In this document: positions 26,685 through 36,345 of the stretch, in pieces
Position numbering within the stretch: the first letter of the stretch is position 1
How the letters are laid out: the number at the start of each line of letters is the position of its first letter
From: an uncultured Pirellulales bacterium
GTDB lineage: Bacteria > Planctomycetota > Phycisphaerae > Sedimentisphaerales > Anaerobacaceae
NCBI GenBank assembly: GCA_964575615.1
Contig: CAZNSM010000002.1
Span: 5,862 to 69,861 of the forward strand
Direction of reading: 5' to 3'
DNA: 64,000 nucleotides
Notes under the pieces: generated by a model
Database searches by the model: none
What the model saw: only the letters and a program-made list of their open reading frames with translations
Told to the model about the DNA's origin: nothing
Program-made: the position numbers and the translations under genes

Positions 26685-27200
26685 ATGATATCGAGCGTGG
26701 CAGAAATCAAGGTGGACGCCCTGTTGGCGGCCCTGGATGAGGATATCCGCAGCACACAGAGCACGTTGTCTCAACTGGATGTTCTGCGCAGTCTGATCAT
26801 CAAGCGAGACGACAAGGCGCTGGAAGCGCTTCTCCGTGATCTTCAGGAGGAGGCGGAGTCGCGCCTGGCGGCGATCCAGCGGCGCCAGGCCATCCGCAAG
26901 GAGCTGGCCGACGAGTTGGGATGCGAGCCGGGCGCGATGACGCTGTCGGCGTTGCGGCGTCTGCTCGTCGATCCGCGGCGCCGGGCGGTGGAGGATCGGC
27001 AGACCCGTCTGAAGGACCTGGTCGCTCAACTGAGAGGGGAATATGCGCTGACCACCGCGCTGGTGGCGGATTGCGCCCGCTTCAATCGCTCGTTGATGCG
27101 GGTGTTCTTCGGGCAGGACGCCCAGGGCAAAGCCACGTACAACGCCCGGGGGACGGTGCATCGTCAGGCGAATGTGAGCCTGGTCAATCTGCACTATTAG
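26685..27200 (+). CDS. flgN: FlgN-like export chaperone (171 aa)
   Basis: All-helical protein with a FlgN-like N-terminal pattern. Located directly upstream of flgK-flgL. Confidence 0.65.
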   Translation: MISSVAEIKVDALLAALDEDIRSTQSTLSQLDVLRSLIIKRDDKALEALLRDLQEEAESRLAAIQRRQAIRKELADELGCEPGAMTLSALRRLLVDPRRRAVEDRQTRLKDLVAQLRGEYALTTALVADCARFNRSLMRVFFGQDAQGKATYNARGTVHRQANVSLVNLHY

Positions 27201-27265
27201 CGGCACAAGGGAATGTCATGGCCGCCGGTGCGGTCTTTTGCCGGACGGCGGTTGAGGATCAGCCT

Positions 27266-29236
27266 ATGCAGAGCTTCTCGATTGGATTGAGCGGTCTGAG
27301 TGCGGCGTACGCGGCGATGGACGTGATCGGCAACAACATCGCCAACGCGTCGACCGACGGCTACCACCGTCAACGCATTGAGCTGAGTCCGTCGAAAGCG
27401 ACACAGACCGGGGCGGCGGCGGTCGGCGCGGGCGTGGACATCGTCGGCGTCACGCGCATGATCGACAGCCTCCTGGAGCGGGAGATCGTCAGCCAGACCT
27501 CCTCCAACGCGCAGATCTCTCAGGAACTGTCCACGCTGAGCTCCGTGGAAACGACGTTCGGAGAATTCGGCGCCAGCGGTGGATTGAACGAGACGCTGGA
27601 CACGTTCTTCGATGCGTTGCGCGGCTTGGCGGCCAACCCGCTCGAGCAAACCTGGCGCAACGAGGTCATCAGCTCGGCCCAGATCCTGACGACGGAATTC
27701 CGGCGGTTGGGCGACTCGCTGACCAGTCTCGAAGACCAGGTAGTGCTCGAGGCGCAGAATGTCGCCGAATCCATCAACGCGTTGACGGCACAGATTGCCG
27801 AGCTGAACGGCAAGATCCAGGGCGTGGAGATCAACGGCGGACAAGCGAACAACCTGCGCGACAGTCGGGATCAGTTGATCGCCGAACTGGCGGCGTTGAC
27901 GGGCATTGAAACGCAGACCCGAGAGTACGGCGGGGTCGACGTCTCCATTGACGGGCTTCCCGTGGTCACGGGGGCGATCACTTTGGAGGTCTCCGTCACG
28001 ATGCAGAACAACGGATCGCTGGCCCTGCAAGCCGCGGGAACCGAGGGCTACGGCCTGCTTGTGGAAGGAGGGCGTCTCGGGGGACTGCTCTCGCTCAAGA
28101 ACGAACTGCTGCCGGAGCTTCAGGAGCAACTCGACACGCTGGCCAAGGGCATTGTGGTCCAGATCAACGCATGCCATGTTCAGGGGGTCGGGCTGGACGG
28201 GGCGTTCACGGAGATGGACGGCTGGGCGATGAACAGCGACCAACTGAGCGAGGTCGAACCGCCGATCACCGACGGGACCTTTTACATTCGCGTCACCAAC
28301 ACGGACACCGGCGAGATCCGGCGACACGCCGTGACTGTGGATGTGTCCGGCGCCTTGCCCGACACACTGGATTCGATTGCCGCCAAGATCAACGCCATTC
28401 CGGGTTTGAACGGATCGTCAGACTCGTCGAAGCTCCACATTGTGTCCGATCTCGGGTACGAGTTCGACTTCATTCCGGCCGTGCTGCCCCAACCGACGGC
28501 CAGCAATCTGACCGCGGCGGTTCCGCCGACGATCTCCGTTTCGGGCACGTATGATGAAGAGTCCAATGAGACGCTCCGTTTCACGGTCAGCGGCTCCGGC
28601 GCCGTCGGAAACGGGGTCGTTCGTCTGACGGTCACGAATTCCGGCGGCGATGTGATTGCCACGCTGAACGTCGGCGATGGTTACGCCGCCGGCGACGTGA
28701 TCGAGATGACCAACGGGATCAAGATCGCGCTGAGCACGGGCGATCTCAACGACGGAGACACCTTCGACGTCGACGTCTTTCAGACCACGGACACCTCGGG
28801 TTTTCTGGCGGCGGCGGGCATGAACGTGTTCTTCTCCGGCGCCAGCGCCTCGGAGATGAGCGTCTGCGCCGACATAGCCAACCACCCGAACCGGGTGGCC
28901 ACGGCCCTGGGCGCGGACCTGAGCGACAATGAGGCGGCGCTGCGGATGGCCCGCGTTCATGATGCGTCGGTGGAGAGCCTCGGGGGCATGACCGCCAACG
29001 AGTACTACCAGCGGACGATGGCCACTATCGGACAGCAGGTGGCGCTGCGGCAGTCGAGACAGGACAACATTGAGGCGGTCATTCAGGACCTGAAGAAGCA
29101 GCAGAGCGAGATCAGCGGTGTCAATATCAACGATGAGGCGGCCCAATTGATCGTCTTTGAGACGATGTTCCAGGCGATGGCCAAGTTCCTCACGACGCAG
29201 CAGACGGTGCTGATGTCGCTGATGGACATGGTTTGA
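27266..29236 (+). CDS. flgK: Hook-associated protein 1 FlgK (about 656 aa)
   Basis: 'MQSFSIGLSGLSAAYAAMDVIGNNIANASTDGYHRQR' at the N-terminus and 'ISGVNINDEAAQLIVFETMFQAMAKFLTT' at the C-terminus. Confidence 0.9.
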   Translation: MQSFSIGLSGLSAAYAAMDVIGNNIANASTDGYHRQRIELSPSKATQTGAAAVGAGVDIVGVTRMIDSLLEREIVSQTSSNAQISQELSTLSSVETTFGEFGASGGLNETLDTFFDALRGLAANPLEQTWRNEVISSAQILTTEFRRLGDSLTSLEDQVVLEAQNVAESINALTAQIAELNGKIQGVEINGGQANNLRDSRDQLIAELAALTGIETQTREYGGVDVSIDGLPVVTGAITLEVSVTMQNNGSLALQAAGTEGYGLLVEGGRLGGLLSLKNELLPELQEQLDTLAKGIVVQINACHVQGVGLDGAFTEMDGWAMNSDQLSEVEPPITDGTFYIRVTNTDTGEIRRHAVTVDVSGALPDTLDSIAAKINAIPGLNGSSDSSKLHIVSDLGYEFDFIPAVLPQPTASNLTAAVPPTISVSGTYDEESNETLRFTVSGSGAVGNGVVRLTVTNSGGDVIATLNVGDGYAAGDVIEMTNGIKIALSTGDLNDGDTFDVDVFQTTDTSGFLAAAGMNVFFSGASASEMSVCADIANHPNRVATALGADLSDNEAALRMARVHDASVESLGGMTANEYYQRTMATIGQQVALRQSRQDNIEAVIQDLKKQQSEISGVNINDEAAQLIVFETMFQAMAKFLTTQQTVLMSLMDMV

Positions 29237-29316
29237 CGCCAGGAGACCTCGGGCCGAAGGATGGAGCGGCCGGCAAGCCTGTTGGGCAGTTTGTAGAAGA
29301 CGACTGTGAGGCAACT

Positions 29317-30504
29317 ATGAGCGGTTCATTAGCCAGCATATGCGACAATGTCAGTTATGCCCTGTCTCTCCATACCCGGGCGATCACCACGTTGCAGGAG
29401 CAGGCCTCCACGGGCAACCGGGTCAATCGGGCCTCCGACAGCCCCTCGGAGGCCTATCGGATTCTCGGCCTGAACACGCAGGATCGTTCGTTGGCCGGCT
29501 ACATCGAGAACATCCAGAACCTCATCGGCACGCTCGAGATTTCCTCAACCGTCATCGAGAACATGGCGTCCGAGCTGGCCGACAGCCGAACGGTCCTGAC
29601 CGAAATCGTCGGCGGTGTTTACGACAACGAAGGACAGGAGCGAATCGCCGAGAAACTCAACAGCACGCTGGAACAACTGGTCTCGCTGGCGAACACCAAG
29701 CACGCGAACCAGTACCTGTTTTCCGGAAACAACACCAGCGCTCCACCCTACGCGGTGGAGTACTCCGGCGGGCAGATCGTCAGCGTAACCTATCAAGGGG
29801 GCGAGGAATCCCGTCGAATCGACGTGGCCCCGGCGGTGGAAATCGAGGCGTTTCGCGTCGGCGACGACATCTTTCAAGCCAACCAACGCGAGGCCCCGAT
29901 CTTCCTCGGCGGCACCGGGGCCCAGAACGGAACCGGCACCTCGAACGTGCGCGGAGATGTTTGGCTGGTGGTCGAGCATGATGGAAGCAATTACCGAATC
30001 TCCATCGACGACGGCGCCACGTTCGTCACGGTGCCCGCCGGCGGGGCAACCAACCAGGCGGTGACGGATTCGCGCACGGGATGCGTTCTCTATGTCGATA
30101 CCACGCAGATTACCGCCACCGGCGTCGAACTGGTCCGCGTCCCTGGAACCTACGATGTCTTCAGCACCCTGATGAGCCTGCGAGACATCCTGAAGAACGA
30201 CCGCGAGGTTTCCCCCCAGCAGTTGCTCAGCTACGTGGATCAGTGCGTCCAGGCGGTGGAGGAAGTGCGAAGCCTCCTGATCCAGTCCGACGTCTCCACG
30301 GGATCGAAGGTCGGGTTCCTCACCGCCCTGCAGGACACTCTCGAAAACATGCAGTTTGACACGCAGGACGAGACCACGCGGCTCCAGGAGGCCGATATTG
30401 CCCAGATTTCCATCGACCTTTCGCGACGTGAGATTCTCTACCAGATGTCGCTGTCGGTCGCCGCGAAGCTGATGGGCATGTCACTGCTGGACTACATCAG
30501 TTGA
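29317..30504 (+). CDS. flgL: Hook-associated protein 3 FlgL (about 395 aa)
   Basis: Flagellin-superfamily termini: 'LQEQASTGNRVNRASDSP' at the N-terminus and 'EADIAQISIDLSRREILYQMSLSVAAKL' at the C-terminus. Located after flgK. Confidence 0.85.
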   Translation: MSGSLASICDNVSYALSLHTRAITTLQEQASTGNRVNRASDSPSEAYRILGLNTQDRSLAGYIENIQNLIGTLEISSTVIENMASELADSRTVLTEIVGGVYDNEGQERIAEKLNSTLEQLVSLANTKHANQYLFSGNNTSAPPYAVEYSGGQIVSVTYQGGEESRRIDVAPAVEIEAFRVGDDIFQANQREAPIFLGGTGAQNGTGTSNVRGDVWLVVEHDGSNYRISIDDGATFVTVPAGGATNQAVTDSRTGCVLYVDTTQITATGVELVRVPGTYDVFSTLMSLRDILKNDREVSPQQLLSYVDQCVQAVEEVRSLLIQSDVSTGSKVGFLTALQDTLENMQFDTQDETTRLQEADIAQISIDLSRREILYQMSLSVAAKLMGMSLLDYIS

Positions 30505-30619
30505 CCCGGACCATCCCGAGGGGGGATTCACGGTCGTTTTGCAGACGGCGGTGTCTGATTTCTATCCAGACGATCCGTCCCGATGGGCCTTGCGCCAAAT
30601 AAACCCCGTTTCACCACAC

Positions 30620-30635
30620 CGGCACGCCGTTTGCA
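30620..30635 (+). promoter_or_regulatory. Sigma-54-type promoter CGGCACGCCGTTTGCA upstream of the modification island
   Basis: GG-N10-GC spacing is exact, and the sequence matches the consensus at all positions but the first. It lies 52 nt upstream of the ATG at 30687. It nearly duplicates the element at 61449-61465. Confidence 0.55.
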
Positions 30636-30686
30636 CACATCGGCCAAGAGTCGCGTTCTACTCCGTTGTCCAAAAGGAGCACACAT

Positions 30687-32198
30687 ATGACCGCACAAAC
30701 CGTTGTGAATGCCCACCAGCGTGGGCTGGAACTGGCCGAGGCCGGAAAATACGAAGCCGCATTGAGCTGCATCCGCGAGCACTTGCGGGCGGCTCCGCAG
30801 GATGCCCAGGCCCTGAACGATGCCGGGGCGATCCTCCATTGCCTGGGGCGCTCCGAGGATGCCGTTGCGCATCTGGTCAAGGCGCATGCGCTGCGCCCGG
30901 ACAGCGGGGAGATCGTCTGGAATCTCGTCGAGGCCTATCTTGCGGCGGGCATGGCCGGTGAGGCCGCCTCCCTGCTCGAGACGATGGAGCGGATGGACAT
31001 CCTCAATATCGAGGTGCTCAACCGCGTCGCCACGATGTTGCTCGATCAGGGCCAGAAAGGTCCGGCTGTCGAGGTCCTGCTGCGGTCGCGTCACCGATGG
31101 CCCGAACAGGACGTGCTCAATCCGATTCTGAGCGTGATCCAGAGCAAACGTCCGAAAATCGCGTTGTTCCGGGTTGGCCAGGGCGTGGACGGCGCTCTGG
31201 CGGAGGCATGGGCATTCGTCCAGGAGCGGTTCCAGACGGAGTTTTGCACGGGCCGCACGCCCGAGGAGCTGTCGCGTCTGATGCAGTGGTGTGACATCGC
31301 CTGGTTCGACGGCGGTGGTCCGATCGTGGCCGAGGCGCTGCAATCGCCGGCGCCGGGCAAGATCCTCGTGAGTCTGCGCTGCTCGGACGTCCGCGACGAC
31401 TGGGCGCGGCGGGTTCGATGGGAGAATGTGGACATCGTGATTCAGATTGGCAGCTCGGCCGTCGAGGAGGCGCTGCTGAGGTGGGTGCCCGACATTCGGA
31501 ATCGGACGCGCCTGGCGGTCGTGCCCCACGGAATCGACCCGACGCGATACGCGTTTCAGCAGCGCGGTCGCGGCAGGAACCTCGCGTGCATGGGCCGGCT
31601 GTCGATGGAATCGAATCCGGCTTTTCTCCTCCAGTGCATGCAGAAGCTGCACTACCTCGACGGAAGTTATCGGCTGTTCTTCTGTGGCGATTTCGAGAAT
31701 CCCATGCTCGAACAATACACGCACCACATGGTTCAGACGCTCGGCCTGACCGGCGTGGTGTCGTTCGATCCCTATGTGGGCGACCAGAACGCGTGGCTTG
31801 GCGACAAGCACTTCATCGTCTCCGGCGGCATCGGCGAGAGCCAGATCGAGTCGCTGCTGACGGGCATGGCCTGCGGGCTGAAGCCCATCGTGCACCATTT
31901 CGCCGGCGCCGACCGTCTGTTCCCGGCGCCGAGTCTGTTCCGCATCGCCGAGGAGTTTTGCGAATGTGCGCTCGGCGGCGAGTATGATCCGGCGGGCTAT
32001 CGGCGGTTCGTGGAAGAACGCTATCCGATTCGCAGGCAACTGCACCAGGTGGGCGGCATCTTGAATCAGCTCGAAAGCGAGATTGACGCCCGGCGTCTCG
32101 GCGTCGGTTCGTGTCGTTCCGGCGGGATTTGCGACGTTCCGACGCCGCGTGGCCGTCGACCCGGTGTGGAAGCCCCCGCCAGCCCGTTCACCCTGTAA
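30687..32198 (+). CDS. TPR + GT-B (group-1-like) glycosyltransferase, FlmG-like architecture (about 503 aa)
   Basis: N-terminal TPR repeats ('AQALNDAGAILHCLGRSEDAVAHLVKAHALRPD') are followed by a glycosyltransferase-like C-terminal half ('FIVSGGIGESQIESLLTGMACGLKPIV'). AAGGAG RBS. Confidence 0.75.
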   Translation: MTAQTVVNAHQRGLELAEAGKYEAALSCIREHLRAAPQDAQALNDAGAILHCLGRSEDAVAHLVKAHALRPDSGEIVWNLVEAYLAAGMAGEAASLLETMERMDILNIEVLNRVATMLLDQGQKGPAVEVLLRSRHRWPEQDVLNPILSVIQSKRPKIALFRVGQGVDGALAEAWAFVQERFQTEFCTGRTPEELSRLMQWCDIAWFDGGGPIVAEALQSPAPGKILVSLRCSDVRDDWARRVRWENVDIVIQIGSSAVEEALLRWVPDIRNRTRLAVVPHGIDPTRYAFQQRGRGRNLACMGRLSMESNPAFLLQCMQKLHYLDGSYRLFFCGDFENPMLEQYTHHMVQTLGLTGVVSFDPYVGDQNAWLGDKHFIVSGGIGESQIESLLTGMACGLKPIVHHFAGADRLFPAPSLFRIAEEFCECALGGEYDPAGYRRFVEERYPIRRQLHQVGGILNQLESEIDARRLGVGSCRSGGICDVPTPRGRRPGVEAPASPFTL

Positions 32199-32233
32199 TA
32201 CTGGCGCCATACGTGAGATTGAACACTCGTCCA

Positions 32234-33907
32234 ATGTCCACAGACCGTCAGGAGAATCTGTCGCAATCCTCCGCTCCGGACGGCCGCGATCGAAGCGGTC
32301 CTCTGGTCAGTGTGTTGCTGCCCACGTACAATCGGCGCCGCTATCTGCCCTACGCTCTGGCCAGCGCCGTGCGGCAGACCTATCGGAACCTGGAAATCTT
32401 CGTGGTCAACGACGGCGGCCACGACGTGCGTGACATTGTTGCATCCTTCGACGATCCGCGAATCCTCTTCATCGATCGGCGCGAGAACCGGGGCAAGCCC
32501 CATTCGCTCAACGAGGCGCTGGCCCGCGCTCGCGGCAAGTACGTCGCCTATCTCGATGATGACGACATCTACTATCCGAACCATGTGCAGGTGCTGGTCG
32601 AAGCGCTGGAGGGGCCGACCGATTGTCAGGTGGCCTACAGCGACCTGTACAAGACCTACTGTCGGGTGCTGTCCAACGGCGATCGGGAGATCCTGAGCAA
32701 GCACGTGGAAATCAGCCGGGATTTCGACCGTTTTCTGATGCTCTACTTCAACCATGCGTTGCACGTGTCCCTGATGCATCGCCGGGATCTGCTGGACCGG
32801 ACGGGTCTCTATAACGAGAATCTGAACATTCTGATCGATTGGGACATGACGCGCCGCCTGGCGTTCTTCTCGGACTTCCAGCACCTGCCCACGATTACGG
32901 GGGAGTTCTACAGTCCGATCGAGGAGTCGGACCGCATCTCGATTCAGCGCCGCAAGGACCCCCAGGAGTATCTGCGGAACGTGCTGGCCATCCGGACCAC
33001 GCACCCTCCGAAGCCGTGGGACAAGCTTGAGGAGCTGGCGATCATCCTGCTCGTCGACCGGCTGGACCGGCGCATCGCAGAAACGTGCGGGCGCCTCTGG
33101 CGGCACACATTCTATCCCTACCGGCTCTATATTCCGCTGTCGCCTCACGACATCGGGCGGCTGAACAGCGAGATGCCGAACATGGTCCTGGTTCCCGTCG
33201 ATCCCCAGAGTTCGGCGCAGCAGAAGGTGGATGCGGCGCTGCAACGGATCGAAAGCGCTTATGTGGCGATTGCGCCCGGCACTCTGCCGATCGAGGAGAT
33301 GTGGGTGGAGGATCCGCTCTACGTGTTGATTCACAGCGCGTCTGATCGGGAAGCGCTTCTGCTGGAGGGCGGTGGTGCAGGACTATGGGGCGCCGTGTTG
33401 AAAGAGGGCGATCTGCGGCAGGCCAGGCGGGCTCACCCTGGCTTGTCGGTGGAAGCCTCGCTGGCGGCCTGCGGCATCCGGGTGCGGCGTCCGCAGCCCG
33501 AAGAGCTGCCGTTTCAGTTCGACGAGTTGTTGCGGCAGGCGTGGCAGGCGGAGGCGGACGGCGATTGGCCGCTGGCGGCCCGGGCCTATGAGTATCTGGC
33601 CGCCCACCATCGCAATGAACTGTGGATGAAGTCTTTGGCGGCCGGCGCCCATTTCCACGCGGGCCATCACGCACAGGCCGCCCGGCTCAGTCGCCAGGTC
33701 AATCAGGTGCGATCGACCGTGGAGACCCTCCTGCTGGAGGCCAGGGTGTGCCGCCGGAAACGGAACTTCACAGACGCCATTGGATTGCTCGAACAAGCCG
33801 AGAGGGGACTTCAAGGTCATCTTCCGATACCTGCACGCACGCCGATGGTCTCAGCGCAAGGGTGGCAGGAAACTGGGGAAACGCAGACATGGATACGGCG
33901 CCAATGA
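32234..33907 (+). CDS. Family-2 glycosyltransferase with helical C-terminal domain (557 aa)
   Basis: 'VSVLLPTYNRRRYLPYALASAVRQTYRNLEIFVVNDGG' and 'YVAYLDDDDIYYPNH' are a classical GT2 N-terminus and a DxD motif. Confidence 0.85.
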   Translation: MSTDRQENLSQSSAPDGRDRSGPLVSVLLPTYNRRRYLPYALASAVRQTYRNLEIFVVNDGGHDVRDIVASFDDPRILFIDRRENRGKPHSLNEALARARGKYVAYLDDDDIYYPNHVQVLVEALEGPTDCQVAYSDLYKTYCRVLSNGDREILSKHVEISRDFDRFLMLYFNHALHVSLMHRRDLLDRTGLYNENLNILIDWDMTRRLAFFSDFQHLPTITGEFYSPIEESDRISIQRRKDPQEYLRNVLAIRTTHPPKPWDKLEELAIILLVDRLDRRIAETCGRLWRHTFYPYRLYIPLSPHDIGRLNSEMPNMVLVPVDPQSSAQQKVDAALQRIESAYVAIAPGTLPIEEMWVEDPLYVLIHSASDREALLLEGGGAGLWGAVLKEGDLRQARRAHPGLSVEASLAACGIRVRRPQPEELPFQFDELLRQAWQAEADGDWPLAARAYEYLAAHHRNELWMKSLAAGAHFHAGHHAQAARLSRQVNQVRSTVETLLLEARVCRRKRNFTDAIGLLEQAERGLQGHLPIPARTPMVSAQGWQETGETQTWIRRQ

Positions 33908-34506
33908 ACGAGGTCGAAAAACGCAAGAGAACCCAGCACTATGAAGTGCTGCGCGAGCTGGGCGACTGCTACACGTCGGTGGGCAACTACGCGCAAGCCC
34001 AGCGCTGCTACGAGAAAGCGGCGTCGATCGGGCCGGATGAGCCGGGACCTTATGTGGGTCTGGGGGCGGCCGCCCTTCAGAGAGGCCAGTGCGAGGATGC
34101 CGAGATTGCGTTTCGCGTCGCCTGCCGGCTGGATCCCAACTGCGCCAAGGCCTACACCGGTCTGGCCATGGTCGCACAGCAGCGCCGAGAATACGCGCCG
34201 GCCTTCGATCTTTACATGAAGTCGCTCGAACTGGACAGCGACAACATCACCGCACTGCTCGGATTGTTCCAGGTCTCCTGTGAGATGGGTTCCTTCGCCA
34301 AAGTGATCTACTACCTGGAGGTCTACCTGCACATGCACCCGGGAGACGCCTCGGTGATGTTCGCGCTGGCGGCATTGTACCTCAAGGACGGGCGTCCGGG
34401 AGAGTCGCGGGAAATGCTGCTCAATCTGCTGGCGCTGGAGCCGACGAATGAAGATGCGACGAACCTGCTGGAAGAAGTGGACCACAGCCTGGCGGGAGCA
34501 CGATAG
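33889..34506 (+). CDS. TPR-repeat protein (about 205 aa)
   Basis: Several canonical TPRs ('LGDCYTSVGNYAQAQRCYEKAASIGPDEP', 'AKAYTGLAMVAQQRREYAPAFDLYMKSLELD'). An alternative ATG at 33904 forms an ATGA overlap with the GT2 stop. Confidence 0.75.
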   Translation: MDTAPMNEVEKRKRTQHYEVLRELGDCYTSVGNYAQAQRCYEKAASIGPDEPGPYVGLGAAALQRGQCEDAEIAFRVACRLDPNCAKAYTGLAMVAQQRREYAPAFDLYMKSLELDSDNITALLGLFQVSCEMGSFAKVIYYLEVYLHMHPGDASVMFALAALYLKDGRPGESREMLLNLLALEPTNEDATNLLEEVDHSLAGAR

Positions 34507-34509
34507 CCC

Positions 34510-34908
34510 ATGAGCGCCAGCGACGACCACACGAAGCGTGCACCCGACCGGATGGCAGAGCGGCTGGACGAGTTGAGCCGCCTGCTGCGGGGGCAGATCG
34601 ACGGGGTGCGCGAAGGCCAGTTCGATCGGGTCGACCGGCTGGCGGCCCGCGCCGAGACGCTGGTGGCCGGAATGATCCAGGACCGGCAGCGTACGGGGAC
34701 GCTGGCCGAATCGCAAAGAGCGCATCTGGCGCGGTTATACGAGGAGCTGGCCCTCGCCCTGCGAGCCGAACGAGGCGACGTACAGGCGAAGCTCAGGCAG
34801 CTCAGACAGGTCAAGAGGGCCATCGCCGCCTATGGACGAAAGGCCCGGACAGGATCTCCGTCGCCGGCGACCTTCGGCGGCGGGGCACGTATTAAGGTCA
34901 CCAAGTAA
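34510..34908 (+). CDS. Helical hypothetical protein (132 aa), possibly chaperone-like
   Basis: Predicted to be all-helical and Arg/Leu/Gln-rich ('AKLRQLRQVKRAIAAY'). No family assigned. A loose resemblance to FlgN/FliT-type proteins is only an impression. Confidence 0.55.
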   Translation: MSASDDHTKRAPDRMAERLDELSRLLRGQIDGVREGQFDRVDRLAARAETLVAGMIQDRQRTGTLAESQRAHLARLYEELALALRAERGDVQAKLRQLRQVKRAIAAYGRKARTGSPSPATFGGGARIKVTK

Positions 34909-34920
34909 GGAGCGTTCCCG

Positions 34921-36345
34921 ATGAACCTATCTTGTGTCGGTCTCGGAAAGCTGGGCCTTTGCTCGGCGGCGTGCTTCGCCGGCAAGGGACATCACGTCAT
35001 CGGCGTGGATTCCAGCGCCGAGCACATGGAGGCACTCGCCAGCGGACGATGTCCCGTCGACGAGACTGGACTGCCGGCGCTGCTGGACGGGTGCCGAGCG
35101 CGCATGGAGTTCACCCCCGACTACGGGTATGCCGTGAAGCACAGCGACATCACGCTGATCACGGTGCCGACCCCGAGCGACTCGAACGGCCGATTCTCCA
35201 ACGCGTATGTCGAAGCGGTTCTCGATCGCATCGCCGGGGGCCTGAAGGCCAAGAAGTCGTTTCACGTGGTGGCCCTGGTCTCGACGGTCATGCCGACGAC
35301 GTGTGAACACGTCTTCGTGCCCATCCTCGAGAAGCTCACGGGCAAGGTGTGCGGGCGGGACTTCGGGTTCGTCTATAATCCCGAGTTCGTCGCGCTGGGT
35401 TCGGTGATTCACGACTTCCTCCATCCGGACATGCTGCTCATCGGCGCCTCCGACGAGCGGTCGGCGCAACTGTGCCGGGAGCTGTACTCGTCCGTGGTGG
35501 AGAACGATCCGTACTATGCGGTCATGAACCTGACCAACGCGGAGATCACCAAGCTGAGCCTCAACTGCTACGTGACCATGAAGATCAGTTTCGCCAACGA
35601 GTTGGCGTCGATCTGCGAACGGATTCCGGGCGCGGATGTCGACGTGGTGACCACGGCGGTCGGGTCCGATACGCGCGTGGGCCGTCGGTACCTCAAGGGC
35701 GGGCTGGGCTTCGGCGGTCCGTGTTTTCCTCGCGACAACCTGGCGTTTCAGCGATGTGCCGAGGATGCCGGGGCGGATGCGAACCTGAGCCCGCGCGTCG
35801 TCAAGGTCAATGGCGAAGTAGTCAACCGGCTGTTCACCATGATCAGCGAGCACGCCCGGCCCGGATCGAGCGTGGCCTTGCTGGGCCTTTCCTACAAGCC
35901 GGGCACGCACATCATCGAAGAGTCTCAGTCGGTCATGCTCGCAGCGCAGCTCCTCAAGGCGGGCTACGTGGTCCGCATGCACGACCCCAAGGCGCTGGGA
36001 AGCGTCCGCGAGGCGCTTCAGGGACGGGGCATCTACTGCGAAGATCCGTACGACGCCGTCTCCGGGGCCGGCGTGGTGGTGATGCTGACGAACTGGCCGC
36101 AATACAACGAACTGGACGTCGCCCGATTGGAGGAAAGGGCCGGCACGGCGCCGCTGATGATCGATTGCTGGAGAATCTATCGGAACGCCACGCTGAAGAA
36201 ATTCACCTACCGCGCGTTCGGGATGGTGACCGCACCTGCAGGGGGAATCGCACATGACAGTCGCGCAGACATTCTCTACCAGGACCGTCGAGGACGTGCG
36301 CCGGTACTGGAACGCACGTCCGTGCAACATCCGGCACTCACCTAA
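34921..36345 (+). CDS. UDP-glucose/GDP-mannose dehydrogenase-family nucleotide-sugar dehydrogenase (474 aa)
   Basis: N-terminal Rossmann motif 'VGLGKLGLCSAACFA', a central catalytic-Cys region ('GGLGFGGPCFPRD') and the C-terminal UDP-binding domain. AAGGAG RBS. The last 37 or so aa overlap the next gene. Confidence 0.9.
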   Translation: MNLSCVGLGKLGLCSAACFAGKGHHVIGVDSSAEHMEALASGRCPVDETGLPALLDGCRARMEFTPDYGYAVKHSDITLITVPTPSDSNGRFSNAYVEAVLDRIAGGLKAKKSFHVVALVSTVMPTTCEHVFVPILEKLTGKVCGRDFGFVYNPEFVALGSVIHDFLHPDMLLIGASDERSAQLCRELYSSVVENDPYYAVMNLTNAEITKLSLNCYVTMKISFANELASICERIPGADVDVVTTAVGSDTRVGRRYLKGGLGFGGPCFPRDNLAFQRCAEDAGADANLSPRVVKVNGEVVNRLFTMISEHARPGSSVALLGLSYKPGTHIIEESQSVMLAAQLLKAGYVVRMHDPKALGSVREALQGRGIYCEDPYDAVSGAGVVVMLTNWPQYNELDVARLEERAGTAPLMIDCWRIYRNATLKKFTYRAFGMVTAPAGGIAHDSRADILYQDRRGRAPVLERTSVQHPALT

